Assembly (NCBI GenBank): GCA_942493275.1
Contig: OW818687.1
Location: 1,519,522-1,583,521, forward strand
Reading direction: 5' to 3'
DNA from: an uncultured Coriobacteriia bacterium
Lineage (GTDB): Bacteria; Actinomycetota; Coriobacteriia; Anaerosomatales; PHET01
DNA length: 64,000 nucleotides
The first letter of the stretch is position 1, and the number at the start of each line of letters is the position of its first letter. The notes beneath the pieces were generated by a model. The model was not told where the DNA came from. It searched no databases and saw nothing but the letters and a program-made list of their open reading frames with translations. A program made the position numbers and the translations under genes. Positions 28,202 to 36,478 of this stretch are shown one piece after another.

Positions 28202-30257
28202 GGTGTTCTCCTTTCTGCTGTAGGCGATGCGTCCCGGACTCAGCCGGTTCGCATGCGAATTCATGACGTGAGTTGCGCGCCCCGGCCAGCCGGGCTATGC
28301 GCTCGACGTCGAGAATGGGGGCGACGGAACCGTCGCCGAGGATCGTTGCGCCGCTGATCCCCGGCGTTACTCCGAGTGCGTCCTCGAGGTTCTTCACGAC
28401 GATCTCCTGCCTGCCCGCAAGCTCGTCGACGAGCAGACCGACACGGTGCCCGGATACGTTCACCTCGACCACGAAGAACTTGGCGGCGTCGCTGTCGTAC
28501 CCGGCGACGTTCAGGAGCTGCCCAACACTGATGAGCGGAAGCGTGTCCCCTCGGGAGTCAAGGACTCTCACACCTCTGACCGATGAGCACTGGTCCGCAC
28601 GTACGCGCATGACCTCTGACACGACGGACAGCGGCACGCAGAACAGTCCGGCGCCAATGCGCACCAGCAGAGCGGGCACGATTGCGAGCGTCAGCGGGAG
28701 GCGAAGGCGAAACGAGGTTCCATGCCCGGGGCTGCTGTCCACCTCGATGGTTCCGCCGATTTCGACGAGGCATCGCTGCACCACATCGAGACCAACACCG
28801 CGTCCGGAGACGTCGGTCACCTGGTCCGCCGTGCTGAACCCCGGCTGCATGATGATTTCGGCCAGGAGTTCGCTGTCGCCGCCTCCGGCATCGAGATCGA
28901 CGCCGGGCGCATGCGCGGCGATCGCCTGCAGGTCAAGGCCCTGTCCGTCGTCGGAAACGTCGATCACGATATGGCCACCCTCGTGCACGGCCGAGAGGGT
29001 CACGGTTCCGTGTCGGGGCTTTCCCGCAGCCACTCGGTTATCGGGGGGTTCGATTCCGTGGCCGCACGCGTTGCGAAGAAGATGGAGGATCGGGTCTTCA
29101 ATCTGTTCGATGAGCCGCTTGTCGAGTTCGGTCTCCTCGCCCGAGAGGCACAGCCGAATCTCCTTCTTCTCGGCACGTGCTATGTCGCGAACCGCTCTCG
29201 GATACTTCGCGAACAGCTGACCCACAGGGACCATACGCATGCGCATGACGCGCTCTTGGACCCCGGCGAGCAGAGCCGACATCTCCTTGACCGAGACGGT
29301 GAGCTCGCTGACGGTGTCGTCTCTGGGATAGCGGTCGTGCAGGCCCGCCGAGAGGTCGACCAGCCGCGTTCGCGCGGTGACTAGTTCCCCCATCAGGTCC
29401 ATCAACGTATCGAGGCGGCGTATGTCCACGCGGACCGCCTGTGCGCTCACCGACGTGCCCTGGGCGGGATCGCCCAGCCGGAGCACGTCCGTCAAGGGGT
29501 TCGACTCCTCCCGCCGGATTCTCGATGCCGCGAGACCCAATGCGTCGGCGATTGACTCTGTCGACAGCTGAGTGAGCACGAGGACCTCGACCGTCACATC
29601 CGCGACATCCACGTCCAGTGACTCGAGGGAGCCGCCGGACTCAGGACGGGCTCGTATCTCCACGATCTCGCCCTCGATGGCGCGCTCCACCGATTCAGGC
29701 GATAGGGAGCCCTGACGCAGCTCGATGCCCCATCGAAGCGAGAGGACGAGAGCGTCCAATTCCGCCGATGTCTCGCGGAGCCGGTGGAGCGCGTATTCGC
29801 TCCAATCGGCCCGCGGGTGGTCGGACGAGCGGCCGCTGGCCGCATCACTCATGCCGCCATCGAGAAAGCGGCTCACCTCTGCCAGCGTTGCGGCGGCCGA
29901 TGCGCACGATACACCTTCACCAGCTTTGGCGGTGGCGAGCTTCAAGGTGTCCACGCATGAGAACAGGACGTCGAGCGTGGATGAATCGAGCGCGAGCGCC
30001 TCTGACCGGAGCCGGTCAAGGACGTTCTCACAGGCGTGCGCGAGCTCCTTGACCTCTCTAAAGTCGAACATCGAGGCGAGGCCCTTCACCGTGTGCGTGG
30101 CCCGAAACATCTCGTCGACCCGCTCGCGAGACATGGGCTGACCCGCTTCGCACTGTCTCTCAAGCTCCAGGAGGTCTCGTTCCAGAACTCGGAAATGCTC
30201 ATCGGCCTCGGCAAGGAACTCGCGAAGCATCGCTTCGTCGGAGTACTCGTTGCTCAC
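28167..30257 (-). CDS. cheA: Chemotaxis histidine kinase
   Basis: Hpt motif is FRATHTVKGLASMF. The ATPase domain shows LLRNACGHGIEP, DDGQGLD and GRGVGLDVV. A CheW-like domain sits at the C-terminus. GTG 30257 overlaps the cheY stop. Confidence 0.95.
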   Translation of the reverse strand: MSNEYSDEAMLREFLAEADEHFRVLERDLLELERQCEAGQPMSRERVDEMFRATHTVKGLASMFDFREVKELAHACENVLDRLRSEALALDSSTLDVLFSCVDTLKLATAKAGEGVSCASAAATLAEVSRFLDGGMSDAASGRSSDHPRADWSEYALHRLRETSAELDALVLSLRWGIELRQGSLSPESVERAIEGEIVEIRARPESGGSLESLDVDVADVTVEVLVLTQLSTESIADALGLAASRIRREESNPLTDVLRLGDPAQGTSVSAQAVRVDIRRLDTLMDLMGELVTARTRLVDLSAGLHDRYPRDDTVSELTVSVKEMSALLAGVQERVMRMRMVPVGQLFAKYPRAVRDIARAEKKEIRLCLSGEETELDKRLIEQIEDPILHLLRNACGHGIEPPDNRVAAGKPRHGTVTLSAVHEGGHIVIDVSDDGQGLDLQAIAAHAPGVDLDAGGGDSELLAEIIMQPGFSTADQVTDVSGRGVGLDVVQRCLVEIGGTIEVDSSPGHGTSFRLRLPLTLAIVPALLVRIGAGLFCVPLSVVSEVMRVRADQCSSVRGVRVLDSRGDTLPLISVGQLLNVAGYDSDAAKFFVVEVNVSGHRVGLLVDELAGRQEIVVKNLEDALGVTPGISGATILGDGSVAPILDVERIARLAGARNSRHEFACEPAESGTHRLQQKGEHHGSSRDACRTG

Positions 30258-30643
30258 AACCTGACCGCCGGATCTCCAAACATCCGCTCGACGACCGCAT
30301 GCAGTTTCTGCGGCTGGAACGGCTTGACGAGATACTCGGTCGCACCCGCCTGGATGCCTCGACGGATGTCGTCGTCGCTACCCTCGGTGGTGATGACCAC
30401 GATGGGCAGTTCGCGGTGCCGCTCATCAGCGCGTATGTTCCGGATGAGTTCGAGCCCGTTCATCTCCGGCATGTTGATGTCGACCACCACCAGGTCGAAG
30501 GCGCCGGTTCCAAGCGCCTCCAGTGCCTCGACTCCGTTGCCGGCCTGGCCGATGGAGCAGCCCCAGTACTTGCCCAGCGCGAATGCGATCAGCATCCGCA
30601 TGGTCGGGGAGTCGTCGACGACGAGCACATCGTTGAGGGTCAT
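30254..30643 (-). CDS. cheY: Single-domain response regulator
   Basis: VLVVDDSPTMR, DLVVVDINMPEMNG and YLVKPF. Confidence 0.9.
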   Translation of the reverse strand: MTLNDVLVVDDSPTMRMLIAFALGKYWGCSIGQAGNGVEALEALGTGAFDLVVVDINMPEMNGLELIRNIRADERHRELPIVVITTEGSDDDIRRGIQAGATEYLVKPFQPQKLHAVVERMFGDPAVRL

Positions 30644-30996
30644 CGGAGCCCTCCGGAGTCGAGATGGTGACGCGCTTCGTCAGCGCTGGCAAACGTCGAC
30701 CAACCGGTGTCGATGCGCCAGGCGTCGAGAGAGGACTGAATGGGGGGTGGCACGACGAGCGCGTGATCTGAAGGGTCGAAAGCCTGGTGCTCGCTTGCGA
30801 CCATCAGGACCGCCACGATGGCGCTGCCCATCGCGCTGAGTTCGGAGCAGTCGGCGATCATCTGCGCTCCGGGCGCCCTCAGCGACTCGCGCACATACTC
30901 GCGAAGAACCTGTGCTTGTTCCGTTGCCGAGGAGGCAGCGTCCAGCACTGCCTCAATGCGCCCGCCTTGTGGCGGCGCATAACTGTGTCGTGCCAT
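30640..30996 (-). CDS. First gene of the che operon; STAS (anti-sigma-antagonist)-like small protein (tentative)
   Basis: 118 aa. MIADCSELSAMGSAIVAVLMVAS...LVVPPPIQSSLDAWRIDTGWSTFASADEA has a STAS-like layout. The stop overlaps the cheY start. The family call is weak. Confidence 0.45.
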   Translation of the reverse strand: MARHSYAPPQGGRIEAVLDAASSATEQAQVLREYVRESLRAPGAQMIADCSELSAMGSAIVAVLMVASEHQAFDPSDHALVVPPPIQSSLDAWRIDTGWSTFASADEARHHLDSGGLR

Positions 30997-31127
30997 TGGT
31001 TATCCACCCCTGCTGTGTGACCCCTCACGGATTACCCCACCCATATTCATTAACGGCTGAATGCGGTTAGAGGTGATTAGGAAACCGAGGTTCCCGAAAG
31101 TACCAATCCGGAATGTAGGGTGAAGAA

Positions 31128-31150
31128 CCGGCGCGGCACCGGGCGCCCGG
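31128..31150 (-). terminator. GC hairpin after the GGDEF-EAL gene
   Basis: On the minus strand the sequence is CCGGGCGCCCGGUGCCGCGCCGG followed by UUCUUCACCC. It forms a 7-bp stem with one bulge and lies 8 nt after the stop. Confidence 0.4.
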
Positions 31151-31158
31151 ACGCTTCG

Positions 31159-33627
31159 CTAGGCCGAGAGGACTCGACCGGCGCCGACCAGGTTTCCCTG
31201 GACGCAGTCGAAGCCAAGCTCCCCGGCCAACTCGAGTTCGCGCTGCGTTTCCACAAAGCAGGCGGTCGCCAGCGCGCCGCTCTCGTGTGCGGCAGACACG
31301 ATCGAGGCCAGCGTCGTACGTGCGTGGGATTGGGATGCCGCATCTTTGAGCATGAGACCGTCGGCCTTGAGCTCGCCAAAGCCCAACTTCGCCAAGAGCG
31401 ACGCCTGTGGCTCGGATGCGGTGCGGTGGAGCACCAGAGGGCACCCGAAGGAGCGCAGCTCGCTGAGCCACTGTGAGACGCCGTCGATTCCGAGGTGCCT
31501 CGCGCCACCCACTTCGAAACGCAGGCGCGCGGGGTCCACGCCGTGTTCCAGCAAGGAGTGCTCGATCATGAGCAGCAGCCCCTCGTCCAGAAGGTCCTCC
31601 GCGCCGAGGTGAACCGAACAGGAGGCGAGCTCATCATCGGCGAGGGCCCTGATGGCCCTGCTCACCACGATACGGGTCACCCCCGGCATGAGCCCAACCC
31701 CTCGTGCGGCGGGAAGGAACGCTGAGGGTCGCAGGATACGGTCGCCGTGGCTCAGACGCACAAAGCACTCGTGGTACTCGGTCACGCCGGACGCCAGGCG
31801 CATGACCTGCTGCGCCTCGAGTCGCAATGTGCCGTGGGCGACCGCATCCCTTACCGACGCCAGAAGCTGTTCGCGGGTCAGCTCGGCGGAGCCCTCGGCT
31901 GTGACGGCGCAGCCGCCGCCTCGGCCCTTTGCGACATACATCGCGCGATCAGCCGAGTGCAGCGCCTCGTCGACGTTCTGACCGAGCAGGGGAGTCACCC
32001 CGGTGCTGAGGCTCACGGACACCGGCGGCGAGGCGACTGGAATTCGGAGGTTCTTCATGCGACTGCACAGCTCCTCGGCGAGGGCCAGCGCTTCACCCAG
32101 GTCGTGCTCTGGCAGCAGCATCGCGAACTCATCACCGCACACACGGAAGACGCGAGCACTGCCCGGAGCTGCCGAGGAGAGGCATATGGCGACCGAGACC
32201 AGCACCTCGTCGCCCGCCTGGTGTCCGTGGGTGTCGTTCACGCGCTTGAAGTCGTCGATGTCGATGAACAGCAGATTGCCCCGACCGCACAGGTCCGCGC
32301 CCTGCAGCAGTTCGACCACCGCTGACTCCAGGCTGCGGCGATTGGGCAGTCCCGTGAGCGGGTCGTGCGACGCCAGGTGTGCCAGCCGGTCGTTGATCTC
32401 CCGAGTGTCCGTGATATCGATCGCGCCTCCGATGAAGCCGGCGAAGACCCCGTCGGTGGTCTCTACAGGACGGCCGCTGTCACGGAGCCAGCGGTACTCG
32501 CCGTCTCGGCGTTGCAGGCGGTACTCGATCTCGAATGATCGCCGTCTTGCGAACGCATCACTCACGGTCGATCTCACCAGTTCCAGGTCGTCCGCATGGA
32601 TGCCGGTCGACCATCCGCCGTGCATCTCGCTGTCGGTTCCGCCGCCGGTGAAGCGCAGCCACTCCGCGCTGAAGTAGTCGCGCAGACAGCTCTTGCTGGT
32701 GGCCCAGACCATGACCGGCAGTCCCTCCAGCTGTCGCACCAGTCTGTCGCGCTCGCTCGCGAGGATCTGTTGCGCCCGCGCGAGTTCGGTGATGTCGTCT
32801 AGCGTCAGCACCAGACCCTCGGATTTGCCGCTGATGTCATTGAGGCGCCGAATGCCCATGCGGAATCGCCGCGCCGGACCTCTCGCGAATGAGATGTCGT
32901 CCTCGAAGCGGTCCTCTTCGACCGCCGATTTGAGGAAACGCTCAACATACGGGTCCAACTCCGGCACCAGCACGGGAAGGATGCCCTGCGCATAGTAGGT
33001 GGCGCCCGCGCGGTCCGTCAGCCCTGCGAGTACAGCACCTTGCCGGTTCGCGTGCTGAACCTTGCCGCGTGCGTCGAAGATGAAGGCCGCAGCGGGCGTG
33101 GCCTCGAATGCGGTGAGCAGATTGTTCTTCTCGTTGACCGCGTCACGCACGCGAGCAGCCATCCGCTCATAATCGACCGGCCTGTCAGTGGCCGTCCACT
33201 CACGAATGAGCACAACCTCTGACAGATCGAAGAAGCGGGTTACGAGATTGTGACACCGCGAATTCTCTCGGGTGGTGGGGTCCCGCTCCAACAGGCCCAC
33301 AAATCCGTCGCGCATGAACTTGAGTAGGGCCACGTAGTCGGCGAGCGGGATTCCGCGGTCTCGGTGGAGGCGCGCCTCGCCGATCGCGAAGGCCCATGTG
33401 GCGTCCTCGATCATCGGCGGCCACCGCTTGTCGATCGGAGAGTGCTCGGCAAGCTCGGCGAAGTGGATGAACGACTCCGTAATGCCCTGCACTCCCAGCC
33501 GCCACGCCTCAGAGAGGGTCGAGGTGTAGGCCGTATAGCCCCCGCGTGCCGAGAGGGTCAGCCAGGTGTCGAGGAGCTCGCACTCGTGCTCGCGCAGGAC
33601 TCGCCGGAGCTCGCCCTGGTCGATCAT
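31159..33627 (-). CDS. PAS-PAS-GGDEF-EAL protein with variant signature motifs (CGDEF, ECF)
   Basis: GGDEF domain: LTGLPNRRSLE, FIDIDDFKRVNDTHGHQAGDEVL and RVCGDEFAMLL. EAL domain: EAQQVMRL..YHECFVRL...ACFVETQRELELAGELGFDCVQGNL. ATG 33627 overlaps the upstream stop as ATGA. Confidence 0.9.
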   Translation of the reverse strand: MIDQGELRRVLREHECELLDTWLTLSARGGYTAYTSTLSEAWRLGVQGITESFIHFAELAEHSPIDKRWPPMIEDATWAFAIGEARLHRDRGIPLADYVALLKFMRDGFVGLLERDPTTRENSRCHNLVTRFFDLSEVVLIREWTATDRPVDYERMAARVRDAVNEKNNLLTAFEATPAAAFIFDARGKVQHANRQGAVLAGLTDRAGATYYAQGILPVLVPELDPYVERFLKSAVEEDRFEDDISFARGPARRFRMGIRRLNDISGKSEGLVLTLDDITELARAQQILASERDRLVRQLEGLPVMVWATSKSCLRDYFSAEWLRFTGGGTDSEMHGGWSTGIHADDLELVRSTVSDAFARRRSFEIEYRLQRRDGEYRWLRDSGRPVETTDGVFAGFIGGAIDITDTREINDRLAHLASHDPLTGLPNRRSLESAVVELLQGADLCGRGNLLFIDIDDFKRVNDTHGHQAGDEVLVSVAICLSSAAPGSARVFRVCGDEFAMLLPEHDLGEALALAEELCSRMKNLRIPVASPPVSVSLSTGVTPLLGQNVDEALHSADRAMYVAKGRGGGCAVTAEGSAELTREQLLASVRDAVAHGTLRLEAQQVMRLASGVTEYHECFVRLSHGDRILRPSAFLPAARGVGLMPGVTRIVVSRAIRALADDELASCSVHLGAEDLLDEGLLLMIEHSLLEHGVDPARLRFEVGGARHLGIDGVSQWLSELRSFGCPLVLHRTASEPQASLLAKLGFGELKADGLMLKDAASQSHARTTLASIVSAAHESGALATACFVETQRELELAGELGFDCVQGNLVGAGRVLSA

Positions 33628-34271
33628 GGCGACACCAGTCCCCGCCGGATCGCTTCGACCGCAGCCTGGCCTCGGGATGAGACCCCGAGCTTCTGGTAGA
33701 CGCGGTACAGGTGATTTTTGACCGTGCGGTCACTGATGTCGAGGCGCTGGGCGATCGCCAGGTTCGTCAGCCCGTCGACGACATGGCCGAGGATCTGAAG
33801 TTCGCGCACGCTCAGACTTGGATTGAGTGCGCCTCGCTCGCGCAGGGAGCGAGGACGGCCTATCACCCTGCGTGCAGCCTTGCCCGCGCTCGCGGACGGG
33901 TTGGCAACCGTCGAGACGAGCAGGCTCGCGAACCCCGCCATCCTGAGCGGATTCTCCATGGTCGTGGCGCCGAGCGCGGCCATCTGAATCGAGATCGCGG
34001 GATCGCTCAGCATGCATCCGAAGACCACGACCCCTACGCCTGGAAACATCCGCTGGCAGTCGGTCACGTCTGTCATCAACTGCTGGGCGCTGCGGTAATG
34101 GGCGCTGATCGCCACCACGTCCGCAGTGAAACCTGACTCGGCGCAGCGGCTGAGCTCAACCATCGTGGACGCTCGTCCGACGCACGTGGTCAGGGGGCTG
34201 TCGTTGAGCGCGAACTCGGCGCCATCGACGCAGAGCGTCGACTGCCCGTACAGGAGCACCTTTGTCGGCAT
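33624..34271 (-). CDS. LuxR-family HTH protein with an atypical (pseudo-)receiver N-terminus
   Basis: HTH region: LSVRELQILGHVVDGLTNLAIAQRLDISDRTVKNHLYRVYQKLGV. The N-terminal region lacks the DD pair and the phospho-Asp context (VLLYGQS, VVAISAH). ATG 34271 follows GAGGG; ATG 34298 or 34328 is possible. Confidence 0.7.
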   Translation of the reverse strand: MPTKVLLYGQSTLCVDGAEFALNDSPLTTCVGRASTMVELSRCAESGFTADVVAISAHYRSAQQLMTDVTDCQRMFPGVGVVVFGCMLSDPAISIQMAALGATTMENPLRMAGFASLLVSTVANPSASAGKAARRVIGRPRSLRERGALNPSLSVRELQILGHVVDGLTNLAIAQRLDISDRTVKNHLYRVYQKLGVSSRGQAAVEAIRRGLVSP

Positions 34272-34401
34272 TGTCTTGACCCTCGCTTGAGATTGCATTC
34301 TTTGCAGCCCGCCGCTTGTCTCGGGCACCTCAGGGTACCATCGTGAGGGCGAGACTAACCAATACGGTGCGGGCTACATACCCAGTCGGCTAGCCCTCGG
34401 C

Positions 34402-34420
34402 ATACCCGCAGGGGTATACT
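34402..34420. promoter_or_regulatory. Inverted repeat ATACCC-GCAG-GGGTAT overlapping a TATACT -10-like box upstream of the NifX-like/OsmC/rhodanese operon
   Basis: The inverted repeat spans 34402..34417 and TATACT lies at 34415..34420. CATACCC also occurs about 26 bp upstream. The operon ATG is at 34468. Confidence 0.3.
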
Positions 34421-34467
34421 TCCCGCAGACCAGAACGCCCGGTCCAATCAGCAGGAGGCAATACGGT

Positions 34468-34842
34468 ATGACGGCACACAAGATCGCAGTCCCCACCCAC
34501 GGCGAAGGCGGCCTCGACGCCCAGCGCTCGGCCCACTTCGGCCACGCCGACTCCTTCACCATCATCGAGCTCAACGACGGCGAGATCCTCAACGCCGAGG
34601 TGCTCGTCAACCCTCCGCACGAGCACGGAGGCTGCGGCCTGACCGTCGCGCTGCTCGCGCAGGCCGGTGTGGACACGGCGATCGTCGTCGGCATGGGCGG
34701 CGGACCGCTCGCGGCGATGAGCTCGCACGGCATGACGCCGCTGTTCGACGACCAGTCGCCCACTCCGCGCGAAGCCGTCCTGGCATACATCGCCGGCCAG
34801 CGCGTCGAGTTCGGCGGCAATCACACCTGCCGAGGCCACTAG
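34468..34842 (+). CDS. NifB/NifX-family (dinitrogenase FeMo-cofactor-binding-like) small protein
   Basis: KIAVPTHGEGGLDAQRSAHFGHADSFTIIELNDG...AQAGVDTAIVVGMGGGPLAAMSSHGM matches the NifX/NifB-C layout. Confidence 0.7.
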   Translation: MTAHKIAVPTHGEGGLDAQRSAHFGHADSFTIIELNDGEILNAEVLVNPPHEHGGCGLTVALLAQAGVDTAIVVGMGGGPLAAMSSHGMTPLFDDQSPTPREAVLAYIAGQRVEFGGNHTCRGH

Positions 34843-34861
34843 CACCCTGAGGAGATTTCGA

Positions 34862-35314
34862 ATGGATATCGTCACCACACGCTGGACCAAGAACCGCCAG
34901 TTCGTCGGCTGGGACTCGATGGGTCACGGCATCGTCATGGACACCCCTGCGAGCGGCACCGGTGAGGGCACCGGCTGGCGGCCCGTCGAGCTGCTGCTGC
35001 TCGGGCTTGCCGGCTGTACCGGCGTCGACGTCGTCTCCATCCTCGAGAAGAAGCGCGAGGATGTGCGCGGGGTCGAAATCCAGGTCAATGGAGAACCGTT
35101 CATCGACGAGTTCCCTCACTACTACCAGACCATTGAGATCGTCTACAGGGTCACCGGTGTCGGCATCAAGCCGGGCTCGGTCGCCCAGGCCATCGAGCTC
35201 TCCGAGCAGAAGTACTGCTCGGTGAAGGGGAGCCTCGGCCCGCAGTGCAACGTGATCACCAGCTTCGAGGTCATCGAGTTCGAGCCGCAGATCGGCCCGA
35301 AGGACCGGTCTTAG
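34862..35314 (+). CDS. OsmC/Ohr-family peroxiredoxin-like protein
   Basis: RPVELLLLGLAGCTGVDVVSIL and SEQKYCSVKGSL carry the two conserved Cys. Confidence 0.85.
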   Translation: MDIVTTRWTKNRQFVGWDSMGHGIVMDTPASGTGEGTGWRPVELLLLGLAGCTGVDVVSILEKKREDVRGVEIQVNGEPFIDEFPHYYQTIEIVYRVTGVGIKPGSVAQAIELSEQKYCSVKGSLGPQCNVITSFEVIEFEPQIGPKDRS

Positions 35315-35628
35315 TGTTCGGCTTCGGCGCCAAGACCATCACCGTGGCAGAGCTCGCCGAGAAGCTCGCACACGGCAAGCCCACTCTCATCGACGTGCGC
35401 GAGCCCTACGAGTTCAAGGCCGGTCACGTCAAAGGGGCGGTGAACGTGCCGCTGGGGACGCTCGCAGGCAAGCTCGGCAAGTACAAGCCTGAAGCCGAGA
35501 TCTACGTGATCTGCCAGTCGGGGCACCGAAGTGTGACCGCGGTCAAGACGCTGAAGCGCGCGGGGTTCGAGCACGCGTACAGCGTCAAGGGCGGCACGTC
35601 GGCGTGGAAGGGCAAGCTGGCGAAGTAG
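35314..35628 (+). CDS. Single-domain rhodanese sulfurtransferase
   Basis: LIDVREPYEFKAGHVKGAVNVPL, with the active-site loop ICQSGHRS. GTG 35314 overlaps the OsmC TAG by 1 nt, so the track start 35245 is rejected. Confidence 0.85.
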   Translation: MFGFGAKTITVAELAEKLAHGKPTLIDVREPYEFKAGHVKGAVNVPLGTLAGKLGKYKPEAEIYVICQSGHRSVTAVKTLKRAGFEHAYSVKGGTSAWKGKLAK

Positions 35629-35637
35629 GGGCGGGGG

Positions 35638-36381
35638 CTAGCTCCTGCCAAGGTTCCCCAGCCCCTTCGCCACCAGAAGGTGCCAGACGATCATCAGCAG
35701 GCCGCCGGGAATCGCGATTCCGGTCACCAGCGCCTCCGAGCCCGACCCGAACGTGTAGGCGGTCGTGTAGACAGCGAGGATGCTGATGCCGACGATGCCC
35801 GTGAGCGCCGTCTTGCGGCCGAACACGCGGCCGCGCAGCATCGTCACCGCAATGACCAGCGTGCCGATCTCGGAGACCAGGAAGCCGAGATAGGCGCCCG
35901 CGCTGCCGTGCGCGCCGCTCGCGAGCAGCGCAGCAGCCGCGGGCTCGAGCAGCGCCTGCCCGACAGGTGCGGCCGAGGCCCACTGGCGGCCGAGCTCCAG
36001 CATCGGCAGTGCCGCGCTGTTGGCCGCGAACACCGCGGTGCCGGCGGCCACCGTCACCAGACCGAGGATGGCCAGCCCTGGCTCCGTCTTGCGGTGCGCC
36101 CCGAAGAGCGCGGCGTACATCGGAAGGCTGATGAGCGCCAGCACCACGTTGAGGAGATCGAGGTTGCGCAGGCCGAGCAGCGGGTTCTCGGCAAGTTGCG
36201 CGAGCCACGCCTCCGCCGTCGCTGGAACGGTCTCGGGGCCCCATCCGGGAATCATCGTAAGCACGATGTCGAGGAGCATGCCGGTCACCGCCACAAGCGC
36301 GACAACGCCGCCCGCCCGATACAGGAGGCGCCACCCCGCCTCGCTCGCGGTCGGCTCGTTGCGTGCGACTTCGGTGTTCAT
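35638..36381 (-). CDS. Polytopic membrane protein (DUF4386-like, tentative)
   Basis: 247 aa with about 6 hydrophobic helices. No catalytic motif recognised. Confidence 0.5.
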   Translation of the reverse strand: MNTEVARNEPTASEAGWRLLYRAGGVVALVAVTGMLLDIVLTMIPGWGPETVPATAEAWLAQLAENPLLGLRNLDLLNVVLALISLPMYAALFGAHRKTEPGLAILGLVTVAAGTAVFAANSAALPMLELGRQWASAAPVGQALLEPAAAALLASGAHGSAGAYLGFLVSEIGTLVIAVTMLRGRVFGRKTALTGIVGISILAVYTTAYTFGSGSEALVTGIAIPGGLLMIVWHLLVAKGLGNLGRS

Positions 36382-36411
36382 GGTTGCTCTCCCCGCAGGT
36401 GTGGTAGTAGC

Positions 36412-36447
36412 CTAACGGTGTTAGATTGTTGCACCTAACAGCGTTAG
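36412..36447. promoter_or_regulatory. Two copies of the palindrome CTAAC-N3-GTTAG, 23 bp centre-to-centre, in a divergent promoter region (operator pair)
   Basis: CTAACGGTGTTAG at 36412..36424 and CTAACAGCGTTAG at 36435..36447, between the membrane-protein gene (start 36381) and the hydrolase gene (start 36479). Confidence 0.45.
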
Positions 36448-36478
36448 GGTCAAGTCGCCTTCCGATGAGGAGCTGTCC

